Below are positions 52,401 to 63,376 of a DNA stretch of 64,000 nucleotides, piece by piece; the stretch's first letter is position 1; each line of letters opens with the position of its first letter. The DNA comes from Takakia lepidozioides (lineage: Eukaryota; Plantae; Bryophyta): assembly GCA_030704615.1 (NCBI GenBank), contig CM060731.1, positions 65,348,001 through 65,412,000 on the forward strand. The letters are read 5' to 3'. The position numbers and the translations under genes are program-made. The notes under the pieces are model-generated. The model did no database searches and was not told where the DNA came from. It was given only the letters and a program-made list of their open reading frames with translations.

Positions 52401-52708
52401 CCGCCTTTACAGCTGTAGTTAGTTGGCCTGGAGAGTTGCTGGAAGGCAATGCCCATGCAGAGGATGTGCCACCTCCAGCAGAGCAGGATGACATGCATGG
52501 TATGGCGGAGTTGCCTGCCATGGTTGCTCACACTCCATTGTGGGGTACGAGCAACGATTTGCAGCAGGTTGCTGATCGACGGGTGCAACAAGCCTGGGTA
52601 GAGGCTTTTGTACCGTCAGGAGAAGAGGAGAGTGCGGGTATTGCACCAGGACCACCTCAGTTGTCACCATTGGATACCACACCTATTGTGTGGCAGTATA
52701 TGGATGAA

Positions 52709-53660
52709 GGCATTTGCCTTCTGGACTTGTTTGGCGGGATCGGCACCGGATTGGCTGCTGTGCTACAGGCAGGTGTGCGGGTAAGGCGTTACCTGTATGT
52801 GGAGAGGGATGAGACTGCACGACGCGTCTCACTGCGCCATGTGGCTCAGTTGGTATAGCAGTACCCTGACTTGTTGCCTGTGTCTGCAGTTCGTGGATAC
52901 CAACAAGCCTTGCCAGCAGACATTTCCTTGTTGGGGGCGCAGGATTTGGAGCAGGTTGGCTCCATTGATGTGATAGTGGCAGGTTGGCCCTGCCAAGGGC
53001 ATTCATCAGCCAGGCATGGCAATGGATTGCGAGACTCGAGGACGGGTCTGTTTTGGGAGATGGTGCGGGTTTTGCGCCACTTGCAGCTTCATCAAGCTGT
53101 ATCTCCAGCATACACCTTGGAGAATGTGCCATTGATGGGTGATTCTCGGGCCATGGTGATGGCCAGTGTGCATCAAGTCCGGTCGTGGCTTGGGTCAGCA
53201 GTGTTGCTGGATGCAGCTGCAGTGGGGTCACGGGCTCATCGTCCACGGCTTTGGTGGACTAACTTGATGCCACCCGCACTGCTCAAGTGTGCATTTGATG
53301 GGGTGCAGCGGCCAGCACACCTCACCGTGGATGGCATTTTGGACACAGGGAGGCAGTCTCAACGTGTGAGACACGATGACCGTTTGCCTTTGGCAGTGGT
53401 CAACAAGGTGGGTCAACCACGAGCAACATTACCTACACTGCTCAGCTTCCCAGAATCCCATGCTTTTCGGGATGGTGGACCTGGCCTCTTGTGGGATAGC
53501 CAGTTGCAACAGTTAGTGGAGCCTAATGCCGACGAGCGAGAGCGGGCTATGGGATTTTCCACTGGGACCACGGCGGTGCCTTCTCTTTCTGAGGCATCAC
53601 GTCGTCAGGTGTTGGGGCAAGCAATGGATCTCAATTGCTTGACCTGGATTATCAGCTTGG
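52709..53660 (+). pseudogene. DNMT3-like C5 cytosine DNA methyltransferase domain within the polyprotein
   Basis: Motif I LLDLFGGIGTG; II YVERD; IV AGWPCQGHS; VI LENV; VIII AHRPRLWWTNL; IX ERERAMGF; X RRQVLGQA. Same frame as PR and RT, with one TAG at 52856-52858. Confidence 0.92.
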
Positions 53661-54009
53661 CTATGGCTGAGCAATGTAGAGTGCGGAGTGCACTTCCCTT
53701 GACGGTCTCTCTGCCTACCGAGACGGTACAGGCGGCAAGTGGGGGCGAGCCGGTGAGGACCACGGGGTGTAGACATCCATGGCACACGTGGGAGGTGCTC
53801 GAGGTTCAGAGGGAGTTGGCAGCCAAGGCAGCTGTGATGGATGAGGTTGGGGATTCTTCTCGGGATGAGGAGGTTCTCAATGATGAGATGATGGGGCAGG
53901 ATGAGGCCTTATCATTGACTGAGCAGGAAGGGAGTACTGCTCAAGAGGTTGCAGCATAGCAACCACGAGACGCGTCCTCTACCTCTAAGCCCACTGGACT
54001 TAAGGTTGC

Positions 54010-56940
54010 AGTTACGGAGGACAATTGGGAGCCTGACATTGGACCCATTGTCACCGGAGGAGAGAGACGACGTATACGGTGGTTCCTGAGGGCTTACAGG
54101 AATTGCTTTGCCTTCAGTTTGAAGGACTTGGGAGCACTGAAGGGTCAAGAGATCCGTATTGAGTTGGCCACTGACACGCCAATCTTTCGGAGACCCTATA
54201 GATACAGTGACATAGAGAGGTCTTTGATTCAGATGAGGACTCAAGATCTCTAGGAGGCAGGTTTGGTGGAGCTCTCTGGTGGAGAGTATGCTTCAGCCAC
54301 AGTGATGCCAGCCAAGAAGGATGTCTATGGCAATTGGACGGAGAGACGTATGTGCGGTGATTACCGGCCTGTAAATCGTCAGACCAAGTCCGATAGGTAT
54401 GCCATGCCGACACCAGAGGAGATCTTTGATGCCATTGGGCATTCCAAGGTTTTTAGCACGTTGGATTTACGATCCGGATATCACCAGTTGCCGATCAAGG
54501 AGGCGGATAAGCAAAAGACGGCATTCTGGGGGATCAATGAGCACGGGAAGGATTGCCTATACCAGTGGCGGTTCTTACCATTTGGGCTTAAAAACGCTCC
54601 TGCTGAGTCTCAAAGAGTCATGGACAGGATTCTAGCAGGGGTGGAGTTTGCTCGGTGCTACATAGATGACATCATCATCTTTAGTGCTACGGTGGAGGAG
54701 CATGAGAGACACCTTCAGGGGGTATTTGAGCGCTTGAGGGATAGTCCTAGCTCAAGGCCTTGTGGTCAGTTGAGGCAAGAAGTAGAGGAAGCGCTCCATG
54801 AAGTGGGAGACTAGCCAGATTGAGTATCTGGGTCACATGATATATCCTGGAGGATTGGGGGTACAGCAGACTAAGGTAGAGTCCATTGCACAGGTTCCAC
54901 GCCCCACGGATGTGAGCCGAGTTTGAGCTTTCATGGGGTTAGAAAACTATTACAGACGGTTTGTTAAGGGATTTAGTGCCATTGCAAAGGCTCTAACAAA
55001 GCTGACCAAGGTGGACCAGGAGTGGCAGTGGAAAGATGAGCAAGAACAAGCTTTTCAAGAGCTCAAGGTGAGGTTGACCTCGGTGCCCATCTTGAGACGA
55101 CCTATCAGGGGGCGTCCTTTCAGCTGCATACAGATTGGAGCATGCTGGGGTTTGGAGCGGTGCTCACACAGGTGGATGATGAGGGAAGAGAGTTCGTAGT
55201 GGCTTATGTTAGCCGCTCGAACAATGCTGCAGAGTCTGAGTATAGCTCATATGAGGGAGAATGCTTAGCTGCAGTGTGGGCCGTGGCACACTTCAGGTGC
55301 TATCTATACGGCAATCTCTTCACCCTTGTCACGGATCACCAACCACTCAAGTGGTTGATGGAGTCAGACAAGCTTACGGGGAAGCTTGCACGGTGGGCAC
55401 TCATCCTTCAAGAGTATGACTTTCAGGTGGTGCATCGACCGGGTTTGGTCAATCACAATGCAGATGGGTTGAGTCACAATCCATGCACGAGCCAACAGGA
55501 TGATACTGGAGCTCGGGGGCATGGTGAGACGGACGAGGAGATGGTGCCGGATGGCATGCATCTGCATTTCTGTGTATCTTGGCAGTGGAAGGCCAGGTTG
55601 GACCTGCAACAGGGATGACTATAGATCAAGTGTCTGAGGACCCTGAGGCCAGCAATGAGCAAGGTGGCGCCAAAGATATACATGAGGATTCAGTTGTGTT
55701 GGACTACCTCCGCACTGGAGACACTGCAGCCACTGTGACTACCAAGGAGAGGGATCGGATCCTACAACGAGCCAAGAGGTTCAAGTGGGAGGGGACACAC
55801 CTGCTCCGAGTGTGGGAGGATGGTCGAGTGAGGATTGTGCCTCACCCAACACAGCGGGCACGGTTAGTGCGGCATGCCCACGAGGAGTTGGGGCATTTTG
55901 GGGTGCGACGCACCCATAGCCTACTGCAGGGGCAGTATTGGTGGCGTGGTATGCACACAGTGGTGCAACAATTTGTGGCTAGGTGCATGGTGTGTGACAG
56001 GGTGCGTGCTTCATTCAATGCCCCTACTCCACAATTGCACCCTCTTCCGATCATGGGATTGGGCTACAGGTGGAGTCTTGACTTCGCAGGGCCGTTGCCA
56101 CTGACCATGCGTCACAACAAGTACGTGTTGGTGATGGTGGAGCACTTCTCCAAATGGATTGAGTTGGTTCCATTGCCTGATAAGGCTAGTGAGGGAGCTG
56201 CGTATGCATTCTTGGATTGTGTGCTTAGCCGATTCGGTGCTCCAGCTGAGGTACTCACGAACCAAGGGAGAGAGTTCTTGGGGGAGTTTCAGGCTTTGTG
56301 TGACAAGGCCTTGATAGACCACCGCACCACTTCTCGGGATCATCCTGAGGCCGATGGCTTGGCAGAGAGAGTTGTTCAGACAGTAAAGAGGGGTTTGCGC
56401 AAGTATGGCTTGCAGAAGGGACACCTAGGAGATTGGGACCTTCAGTTACCCTGGTTAGCCATGGGCTACAGGTTCAGCAAGCAAGCATCATTTGCCTCCT
56501 TCTCACCATACTTTCTTCTCTTTGGCCGAGAGCCGGATTTGCCTATATCCATTCGCAGAGAAGCTGCTACAGTTCTTAATCTTTACGATCCGGACGTGTG
56601 GGCACATGCATGTGAGCAGCGTGCAGAGTTGTTCAAGAAAGTCATGCCTATGGCTTTTGAGAACCTTGCCATTGCACAACACCGTGATACGTTGAGATAT
56701 GCTACCATACGTGGTGGGGGCTATCGTCCTAGGGTTCGGAGATTCAACCCTGGTGACTATGTCTATCTGCAGCAGACTGCTCCTATGACCTTGGATGTGA
56801 CTGCAGGACGTGTTATTTTGAGGGTTCGAGAGGTCTTGCCCTCAGGCGTCTTGGTCTTGGAGGGTCGGGATGGCATAACTTGGAAGGACCATGTGCGTAA
56901 TTGTGCGCTATGTCACCTTCCGAAGTCGATGCAGGGATGA
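54010..56940 (+). pseudogene. Reverse transcriptase, RNase H and DDE integrase
   Basis: RMCGDYRPVN, LDLRSGYHQ, PFGLKNAP, YIDD; YSSYEGECLAAVWAV..TDHQPL; HEELGH..CMVC (HHCC), SLDFAG, LTNQGREF (second catalytic D is N), GLAER. Confidence 0.92.
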
Positions 56941-56973
56941 CCCAAACCTGGCAGTGGTATCTGCAAGTTTGAG

Positions 56974-57115
56974 GTGCATGTTGTGTGGGTCTGCTAAAGG
57001 GGCAGCCACCATGCTGGTGTGTGATCGATGCTCTAGAGGTTGGCATATGGGATGCTTGACTCCACCTCTTGAGATGGTTACGGATGGGGATTGGTTATGT
57101 CCACAATGCATTGGA
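56974..57115 (+). other. PHD finger downstream of the integrase (frameshifted in this copy)
   Basis: CMLC..MLVCDRCSRGWHMGCLTPPL..GDWLCPQC (C4HC3). Confidence 0.9.
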
Positions 57116-57366
57116 TAGTGGGAGTGGATACAACCATGGAAGGCTAACAAGCAACGCAAGGCCCAGCTACAGGAGACCTTGAATACACGAGGTCCTAGCT
57201 CAAGTTCACAGATTGCAAGACGGTGACTAACGATGGGGCTACTCTTGTACCCGGCCTCTTGGTCAATAGAGTTTGAGTACAATAAGGATAGTGATAGAGG
57301 ACTTAGTACGGCTGTGGCTATTACATCTGGTAGCTATCTGGAGTTAGAATGACCTATCCACCAGCT

Positions 57367-57376
57367 AGGGGGCCGA
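57367..57376 (+). promoter_or_regulatory. Polypurine-tract-like plus-strand primer
   Basis: AGGGGGCCGA lies directly before repeat B1 (TTGTGGCAG). Confidence 0.55.
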
Positions 57377-57904
57377 TTGTGGCAGACTACTTTATTGTGC
57401 ATATATGTGTGGTGTGGTTTGGACAACGATGTAGTTGTGTAGCGATACATATGCGCACGACAGCTGTCAAGTTAAATAAGCACAATGTGAAACTAACTAG
57501 AATAAAGCTAGTTATTTGTATTTAACACTTGGATTTAGGTCAAGTGTTAAATCAGGTGTCAAGTTTAGTTTGACACCTGAACCGTCTTATCTTCACGAGA
57601 GCGTCAGTCGCGCAGCTCATCTCTCTCGAGTTGAGCCTGCGCGATCGAGCTCCTGCATCGTTGAGGACTGAGTGTGCTTATGATGGGAGTATAGGTTGTT
57701 GTGGGGTGGAGTCCCCATAGCTTGGGGTGCCCCTGGCTCGACTTCTATTTTAAAGAGTGATAGCGATGGATTTCATATTTCTTGTGTTGAGAGTGTGTGT
57801 CTTTTAGCTTGTTTATCATTGTGGCAGACTACTTTATTGTGCATATATGTGTGGTGTGGTTTGGACAGCGATGTAGTTGTGTAGCGATACGTATGCGCAC
57901 GACA
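57377..57904 (+). repeat. 3' repeat block: B1 (57377-57462), GC, A2 (57465-57818), B2 (57819-57904)
   Basis: B1 and B2 are 86 bp with 2 substitutions. The B1/A2 junction is the palindrome GACAGCTGTC. Confidence 0.95.
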
Positions 57905-57908
57905 AAGG

Positions 57909-58940
57909 GGAGGAGAGATTCGGCTCCTGTAAGAGGAAATTGAACACTCCACCTGGTTTGGATTCAGATTCCCACAGGGCAAACCGTGATAATTTATGGA
58001 AGCCTCGTGTTCCCCTGCATGACAGCTCCATGTCCGGAACCTCCATTGTGGAGGAACCTCCAACACGACGGCAAGCTCCAGCATCAAACAGTGCCACTGA
58101 AATGGTGCAAGAGAGAATTAACCCCCTTGATGTGCTTGAGTCCGCATGCCCCGACCACGTTTGGCACATAGAACGCACAAGTGTAGGGTCTCGTGTGAAA
58201 TGTACAGCGATCAGGGCAACTAATTTTGAGAAGTGCACTTCATCTATATCCAGAGGTGGTGCCCGAACTCTTGCTCCGACTTTCACGGGCTTGATGCGTC
58301 CATACGGTCAACCAGAAGCCAAGAACCACAAATTCTGGTTCTGCGCAGATGATTGTGCCAGATGTGTGCATGGAACTGTGCGTCCTTCCGTAGTGATGAA
58401 GCCATCTCCTCCAACCGTTTGGCCCGTGAAGGTGGGAACACATCTCAGCTTTCACGAGATTGAAATGCTGGAGGAGGTAGGTTTTTCCCTTGCGAGACAA
58501 CCCCAACTCCATGCATGTGCTACTACTTCTGCATCCTCCCGGGTCCCCCCGGAAAATCCTGACTTGTGGCCAACCAAACGAGATGGAAAGCTCGTTCGGC
58601 GTTTCCCTCCAACCGCTGAACACTTTGGCAAAGTGGAGTCCGCAAGAATGCTCCAAGCTCGTGTTGGAAGCACCACGGAAGTACCACATCCAGGATATGG
58701 TTGGGTATTCACAATCTTCACTTCCACATCTGCTGTTCATGACAGGACCTACGACATCACGGTTTCCAATTTCCCCAATTGCACATGTCCTGATTTTGTG
58801 AATATGCTATCAACCAGTTTGGGCAAGAGAGGTAAATTCATACCCTGCAAACATTTGTATTTCATATTTTTGAAGAGGATGGTTTGCGATCCCAAACGTG
58901 ACAACTTCATTCACCAGGCCACTATGAGTTTCAACGAGGT
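57909..58940 (+). pseudogene. MULE-type transposase, 3' part with SWIM zinc finger
   Basis: Removing 45377-57904 and one AAGG restores the frame (RLEG|EERFGSCKRK). SWIM: YDITVSNFPNCTCPDF..PCKHLYFIF. Confidence 0.8.
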
Positions 58941-58946
58941 CGATAC

Positions 58947-59142
58947 CAGTGTTGGGCGGTTACCCGCCTGGGCCCCGGGTAACCGCCGGTTCCGGTTCCG
59001 GTTATGTGGAACCGGACCCGCCTGTGCAGAACCGGAACCGGAACCGGAACCAGGTTCCAGCTATGACCACATGTGTGGGAACCGGGTTTGGGGTTTAGGG
59101 TTCCGGTTCCGGTTCCGGTTCCACCCGTGGGCTGTAGCCCTA
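58947..59142. mobile_element. hAT-like terminal remnant with GAACCG/CGGTTC subterminal repeats
   Basis: Starts CAGTGTTGGG and ends AGCCCTA (reverse complement TAGGGCT), with clusters of ccggtt/aaccgg. No TSD. Sits where the transposase and tauD are both cut. Confidence 0.5.
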
Positions 59143-61667
59143 AGTGTCTCTACGTGCGCGGTTCATGATGCGGCGATGCGGAAGGTAATCGGCCACGCCG
59201 TAGTGCTGCAATATGCGGTTGTCCCAGAAGGCCACATCATTGGCTTGCCATCTCCATCTCACTGTGAATTCGGGCTTTGTAGCATGCGCAAACAGAAATC
59301 CCAGCAATGCATCGCTCTCGTCCTTTTGCAGATCCACAATGCGGGTCAGGAATCCTTGGCTCAGGAAGAGAGCCTTGCGCCCACTGTCAGGATGAGTGCG
59401 GATGAGAGGGTGCACCACTGGCGGGTGCTCTTTCACAGCTTCCTCCCACAGCGCCTTGGGGTCCCCTCGACCTTCGTAGTGGTACCGGGGCTGCGAGAAT
59501 GACTTGACGAAGCTATGCTCTGCTTTTAGCCCAAGAAGAAATTGTTGCAATGGCTTTGAGAGCGCCTCGAAGGCTGCAATGCCGATTGCATCGCAGGCAG
59601 GTGATCTCTTGTTCTTCGTAGTGCTGCAACACTCTGTCAAGCACAGTTTTGTGGAAGTCCGTTGTCTTCTAATCTGTCTGCTTCTTTATGCCGTCTTCAT
59701 GGGCTCCCTTTGTGCCCTCTCCTTTACTGGTGCCTCTCGTTCTCTCTTTGTTTGTCTTCTTCTTTTACCTTTGCGCGGATCCGCTGGGGAACGAGCTGGG
59801 AACAGCTCGATGTATAACTCATTAGAGTTATGTTGTCAAACTCATGGCAACTGCCTTCTTGAATTGTGACGCTGATCGCGCGCCCTGAAGCCAAACATGA
59901 ACTACCAATGTGGCTCAGAGATAGCAATTTCCGCCTTTGCCCCTATGATTGTAATATCTTGGGTGAGACGAGTGCTTTGGAGTTTTAGAATGCCCTCTCC
60001 TTCCAGCTTATTTTGTTACTCAGTATAGTTATATGCAGAAGTGAAAGACATTGCAATTACATTTTTGAATTCCTACGTTGATCAAGCGCCCTGAAGCGCC
60101 CGCCCTGAAGTTCGATACAGCCAATTCCCCTCGTGTCCCTACGATTGTAGCATCTTCGGCGAGCTTTGTATTTCCAGGTAGTTCTGTAATATATTTGTAT
60201 GCAGCCAAGAAGTAATACACTTTGCAAATACCTTCTCAAATTTTTACCGTTTGATCAAGTGCCTGAAGCCAAACATGAACTGCACATAGTGGCTCAGATA
60301 TAGTGAAGTCTCCCTCTGTCCGATTGGAACAACTTGGGTGTGACAGGAAATGTGCCTCCTTGTTCCGAGCTCTGGATTTTCCTGTGCCCTCTCCTTTCTA
60401 GATATATGTTTTCTTCTCTTTCTCTTCTGTGATCTATTGTGTATTCCAAGATAGCCAATATTTCATAGAGGTCTTCCATTACAGGATCAGAAATGCTTGG
60501 CAGCATATCTACAAAAGTCCTTGACTCTTAGACAATCCCTTGATTATCAGTTGTTTTTCAGCTGCTTGTTGAGGGCCCCACTCCCTTTCTTGTTTCATTC
60601 TTCTCTAGTCCCTTCAGTTCTTTGGGATTTCAATAGAAAGTATCATTTCATTTCTCTTTCTTTCAAATATATCTCGCCTCAGGAAGCTTTTACATCTCTG
60701 TCAATCAGTCTTTCAGCAGCCTTGGCTTCTATTGGGGGGTTCTACAAGAAGCAGCTGGCATCTGTAAATCTTAAGTTGGCCTTCTTTGTCTATTGTATGA
60801 GCTCTTTACCTGCACATGATTGTGTATACGTGAGAGCTAGAAAGAAAATGAGCAGGTGAAAGGGGATGATGCATGCTCGTCCCCATCCTTATAACTGGTA
60901 GCGTTTAAGCTTGTAGTGATGTGTGGCAAGCATGTGTTGTTTCTTGCACAGAGAACCTGTCTTTCTCACCTCCTATGTAGTTTCCTGGATGGCCTAGACC
61001 ACAATGTCAACCTCTTAATTAGTGGAATTCTGGTGCTTATCAGGGCAAGAAATTCTCACATCAGTATGCTCAGATCTGAAACAGTTGCAAAGATGGTATG
61101 GCTGCTGCAGAGATCGGGGATAGGGTCGACAACAGCACCTAAGAGGAGGCTCTGTCTGCAAGTTTGAACAGAACCCAGGACTGGAGTTGAATGTGCAAAG
61201 TGTCACAGGTGAAATGGGAATTGCCGGGGATCACTGAAATTGCTCTTTAAGTTCATCCATCTGCACTTCAAGAACGAGGGAAACAGGGTATCACCACCCA
61301 CGGGAGGTATGAGCTTGCCCGCTCAGGATTGTGCCCAAGGGCGGTGTCTCAATGAAAGTGACGTCGGTGTGCCACTTATCATTGTCTGGGGGTGATCACC
61401 GTCAGAATCCAGTACCATGATTTCCTCTAACTCGGGGCCTAAGTTTGGGTAGATTGGATGTATGTGCAAATCACCGAAACGCTTGGCGAAGGCGTGCTGT
61501 TGGTGTGGAGTGATCGGCTGGTTGCGGAAGAAGAAGAGCACCTGATACTGAAGTAAGGCGTCGTTGATGGCTGCCTGCTCTGCATCCTGCAACGGTTCCG
61601 CCAGAGAAATGCCTTCGACCACGGCGCCGATGGCCCTCGTGAGTGGAGTGATTTGCAGAGTACTCAT
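59143..61667 (-). pseudogene. tauD: Bacterial-type alpha-ketoglutarate-dependent taurine/sulfonate dioxygenase, split by a ~1.7-kb insertion (~59590-61280)
   Basis: ITPLTRAIGA..QVLFF..RFGDLHIHPIYP..(frameshift)PDNDKWHTDVTFIETPP..GGDTL // [44 protein letters not shown]. HxD..H and Arg ligands are retained. Confidence 0.9.
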
Positions 61668-62544
61668 GGATCCAGTAAACTTGTTGTTACTGAAGCTCTG
61701 ACAGTAAGGTGTAAGCCTTCAAGGCTGTAGTGTCCAATTGCTCTTGGGCACCTGCATCATAACACGAAAGATCAATGCGCTTACCCATGTGCTGTTCAGA
61801 ACGAGGGCCCTAGGAGTAATTTGCTTATCTAGAGCGAGCAGCAAGACAAGTGTATTGACTCAGACAGCGCAAGTGCAGAATGGCCCACATCGAGTCACCT
61901 GGACAATATATTGGAGCAGCGAAGAAATAGACCAACAACTGCTGCTGCTCCCCGAAGATCAAATCGGTTGTACAGTGAGATAGATTCTGCAGGTTTGCAC
62001 CTCGCGCTGTAGTTGGTCAACAAATTTGCCACTTTGAAATTGTGGGGCTAAAATCTCTCCAAGGGAAGGTCAACGCGTACACCATACTTCTACCTCAATT
62101 GCAGCGCCATCATCAGCACTTTCCATAGCGGAAATCAAAACTTGCTCTCTTGGTACCACTCGAACATCATTCTCGTATAGCTGAATATCAAACATGCAAT
62201 TAGACCCTGGCAGTCCCACGACCATCGACTGAGACTATTTGCTTTGTGCTAGCTACATAATCTAGATGAATTCAGACCAACCGAGAAGAATTAACCCAGA
62301 AGAGGTCAGCTCTCTGCCCCTCTCTTGTACGGTGCTTAGTTGTACAATCTGGATGACAGCCAGGCTAGCTTTGGATGACCAATTTGTACTTTTGCAGCAC
62401 ATAATGGATAGCAAGTTGGTTGGGGCGTAATGACAGTAGGTTGCTTCCTTGCCTCAGTGTCTATTGCCATGATCAATGTTGTTCATCGTGCAACAGAGAT
62501 TTATACAGAACCTCGGCGCCTGACTGTTCCTGTATATGTGGCAG

Positions 62545-63376
62545 GTGCACACATACTTTCGGGAAATGTGTTTGAACCACGGGCACTCAGTGAGCTCCTT
62601 CCAGATTGGAAGGATCAAGGCGTATGTCCTCAGTCCATACTTATGAAAACTGGATGATGCAAGAGAGGTAGATGGCTTGGGAGTGACTGTCTTCCGTTCA
62701 TGATGTTATTCAGCTGGAAATGGAGTGATTGCTGATGAGTGCTAATCAATTGAGACACATCCGTTCATGATAATTTGATAATAGCAGATTATCGCTGATG
62801 AGGATTGGTTGAAGGATATCAATTGGATTTGACACAGGCTCCACTGCGTGTGCCAGTTGTGGAAGACAAGTTTTGGATGTTATTTGAGAAACGTGCACTG
62901 CCACTCCCATCTCCCTTCAACAACAATAGTAACTTTGTTATTAGGTCAGCTTCTACTCTCCTACTCCGGCTTGAGTGCAATATTTTTGTTTTCTCCACAT
63001 ATTCAACTTTGTGGAAATTATGCTGCTACTTTCCTATGTAGAACAGGTATTGAAGTGTACAGAGAGACGGGGAAGAGACAGTTGCATGCAGGAAACTAGC
63101 ATACTAAAGTCTTCCACCATGATTCAGTGGGCCACCAAATCCCAGGAAGCTTGGTAAATCCTAAACCCTCGATTGGAACAAACACTTGTGCTTAACCACA
63201 GAGACAAAGGCAAGGGGTATTATTCTATGTGAGAGCCAGCTATTTGGCAATGCTTGTTGAAGCCTTCCATAACCATGTGCTATGCTTTGAATAGCTTGAG
63301 TGAGCTGGTGCGGTGGCTAGGAGGGAAAGCAGAGAAACTTGGGGTTGAAATTTACCCAGGTTTTGCAGCGAGTGAG
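62545..63376 (+). pseudogene. ETFQO: Electron-transfer flavoprotein:ubiquinone oxidoreductase, three internal exons (partial gene)
   Basis: GAHILSGNVFEPRALSELLPDWK / APLRVPVVEDKFWML..LPSPFNN..FVIS / LSELVRWLGGKAEKLGVEIYPGFAASE with GT-AG introns. No FAD-binding first exon was seen, and the next exon diverges after VLY. Confidence 0.75.

Larger units (their letters stand above)
45377..57904 (+). mobile_element. Ty3/gypsy LTR retrotransposon with DNMT and PHD domains and permuted (split) terminal repeats
   Basis: Ends TGTC...GACA; TSD AAGG at 45373-45376 and 57905-57908; domain order gag-PR-RT-RH-INT. Confidence 0.92.
37230..58945. mobile_element. Mutator-like (MULE) DNA transposon, decayed; right end truncated; interrupted by an LTR retrotransposon
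   Basis: Transposase plus a divergent accessory gene. The left boundary is approximate (CACGT-rich block 37230-37350, then GGATG-rich repeats). No matching right TIR was found. Confidence 0.6.

Noticed and set aside
54740-54815. Short foreign segment in the RT sharing gtcctagctcaag with ~57192
   Set aside because: Probably a local lesion in a decayed copy; a 13-bp match is too short to interpret
45377-57904. Ngaro/DIRS tyrosine-recombinase element, or a tandem solo-LTR pair (A+B twice) with a later insertion
   Set aside because: It encodes a DDE integrase, has a TSD and shows no recombinase motifs. The internal region has no ends or TSD of its own, and its PBS and PPT abut A1 and B1 exactly.
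57877-59502. 541-aa ORF as a real protein
   Set aside because: Chimeric read-through of LTR end, transposase tail, hAT-like repeats and tauD antisense
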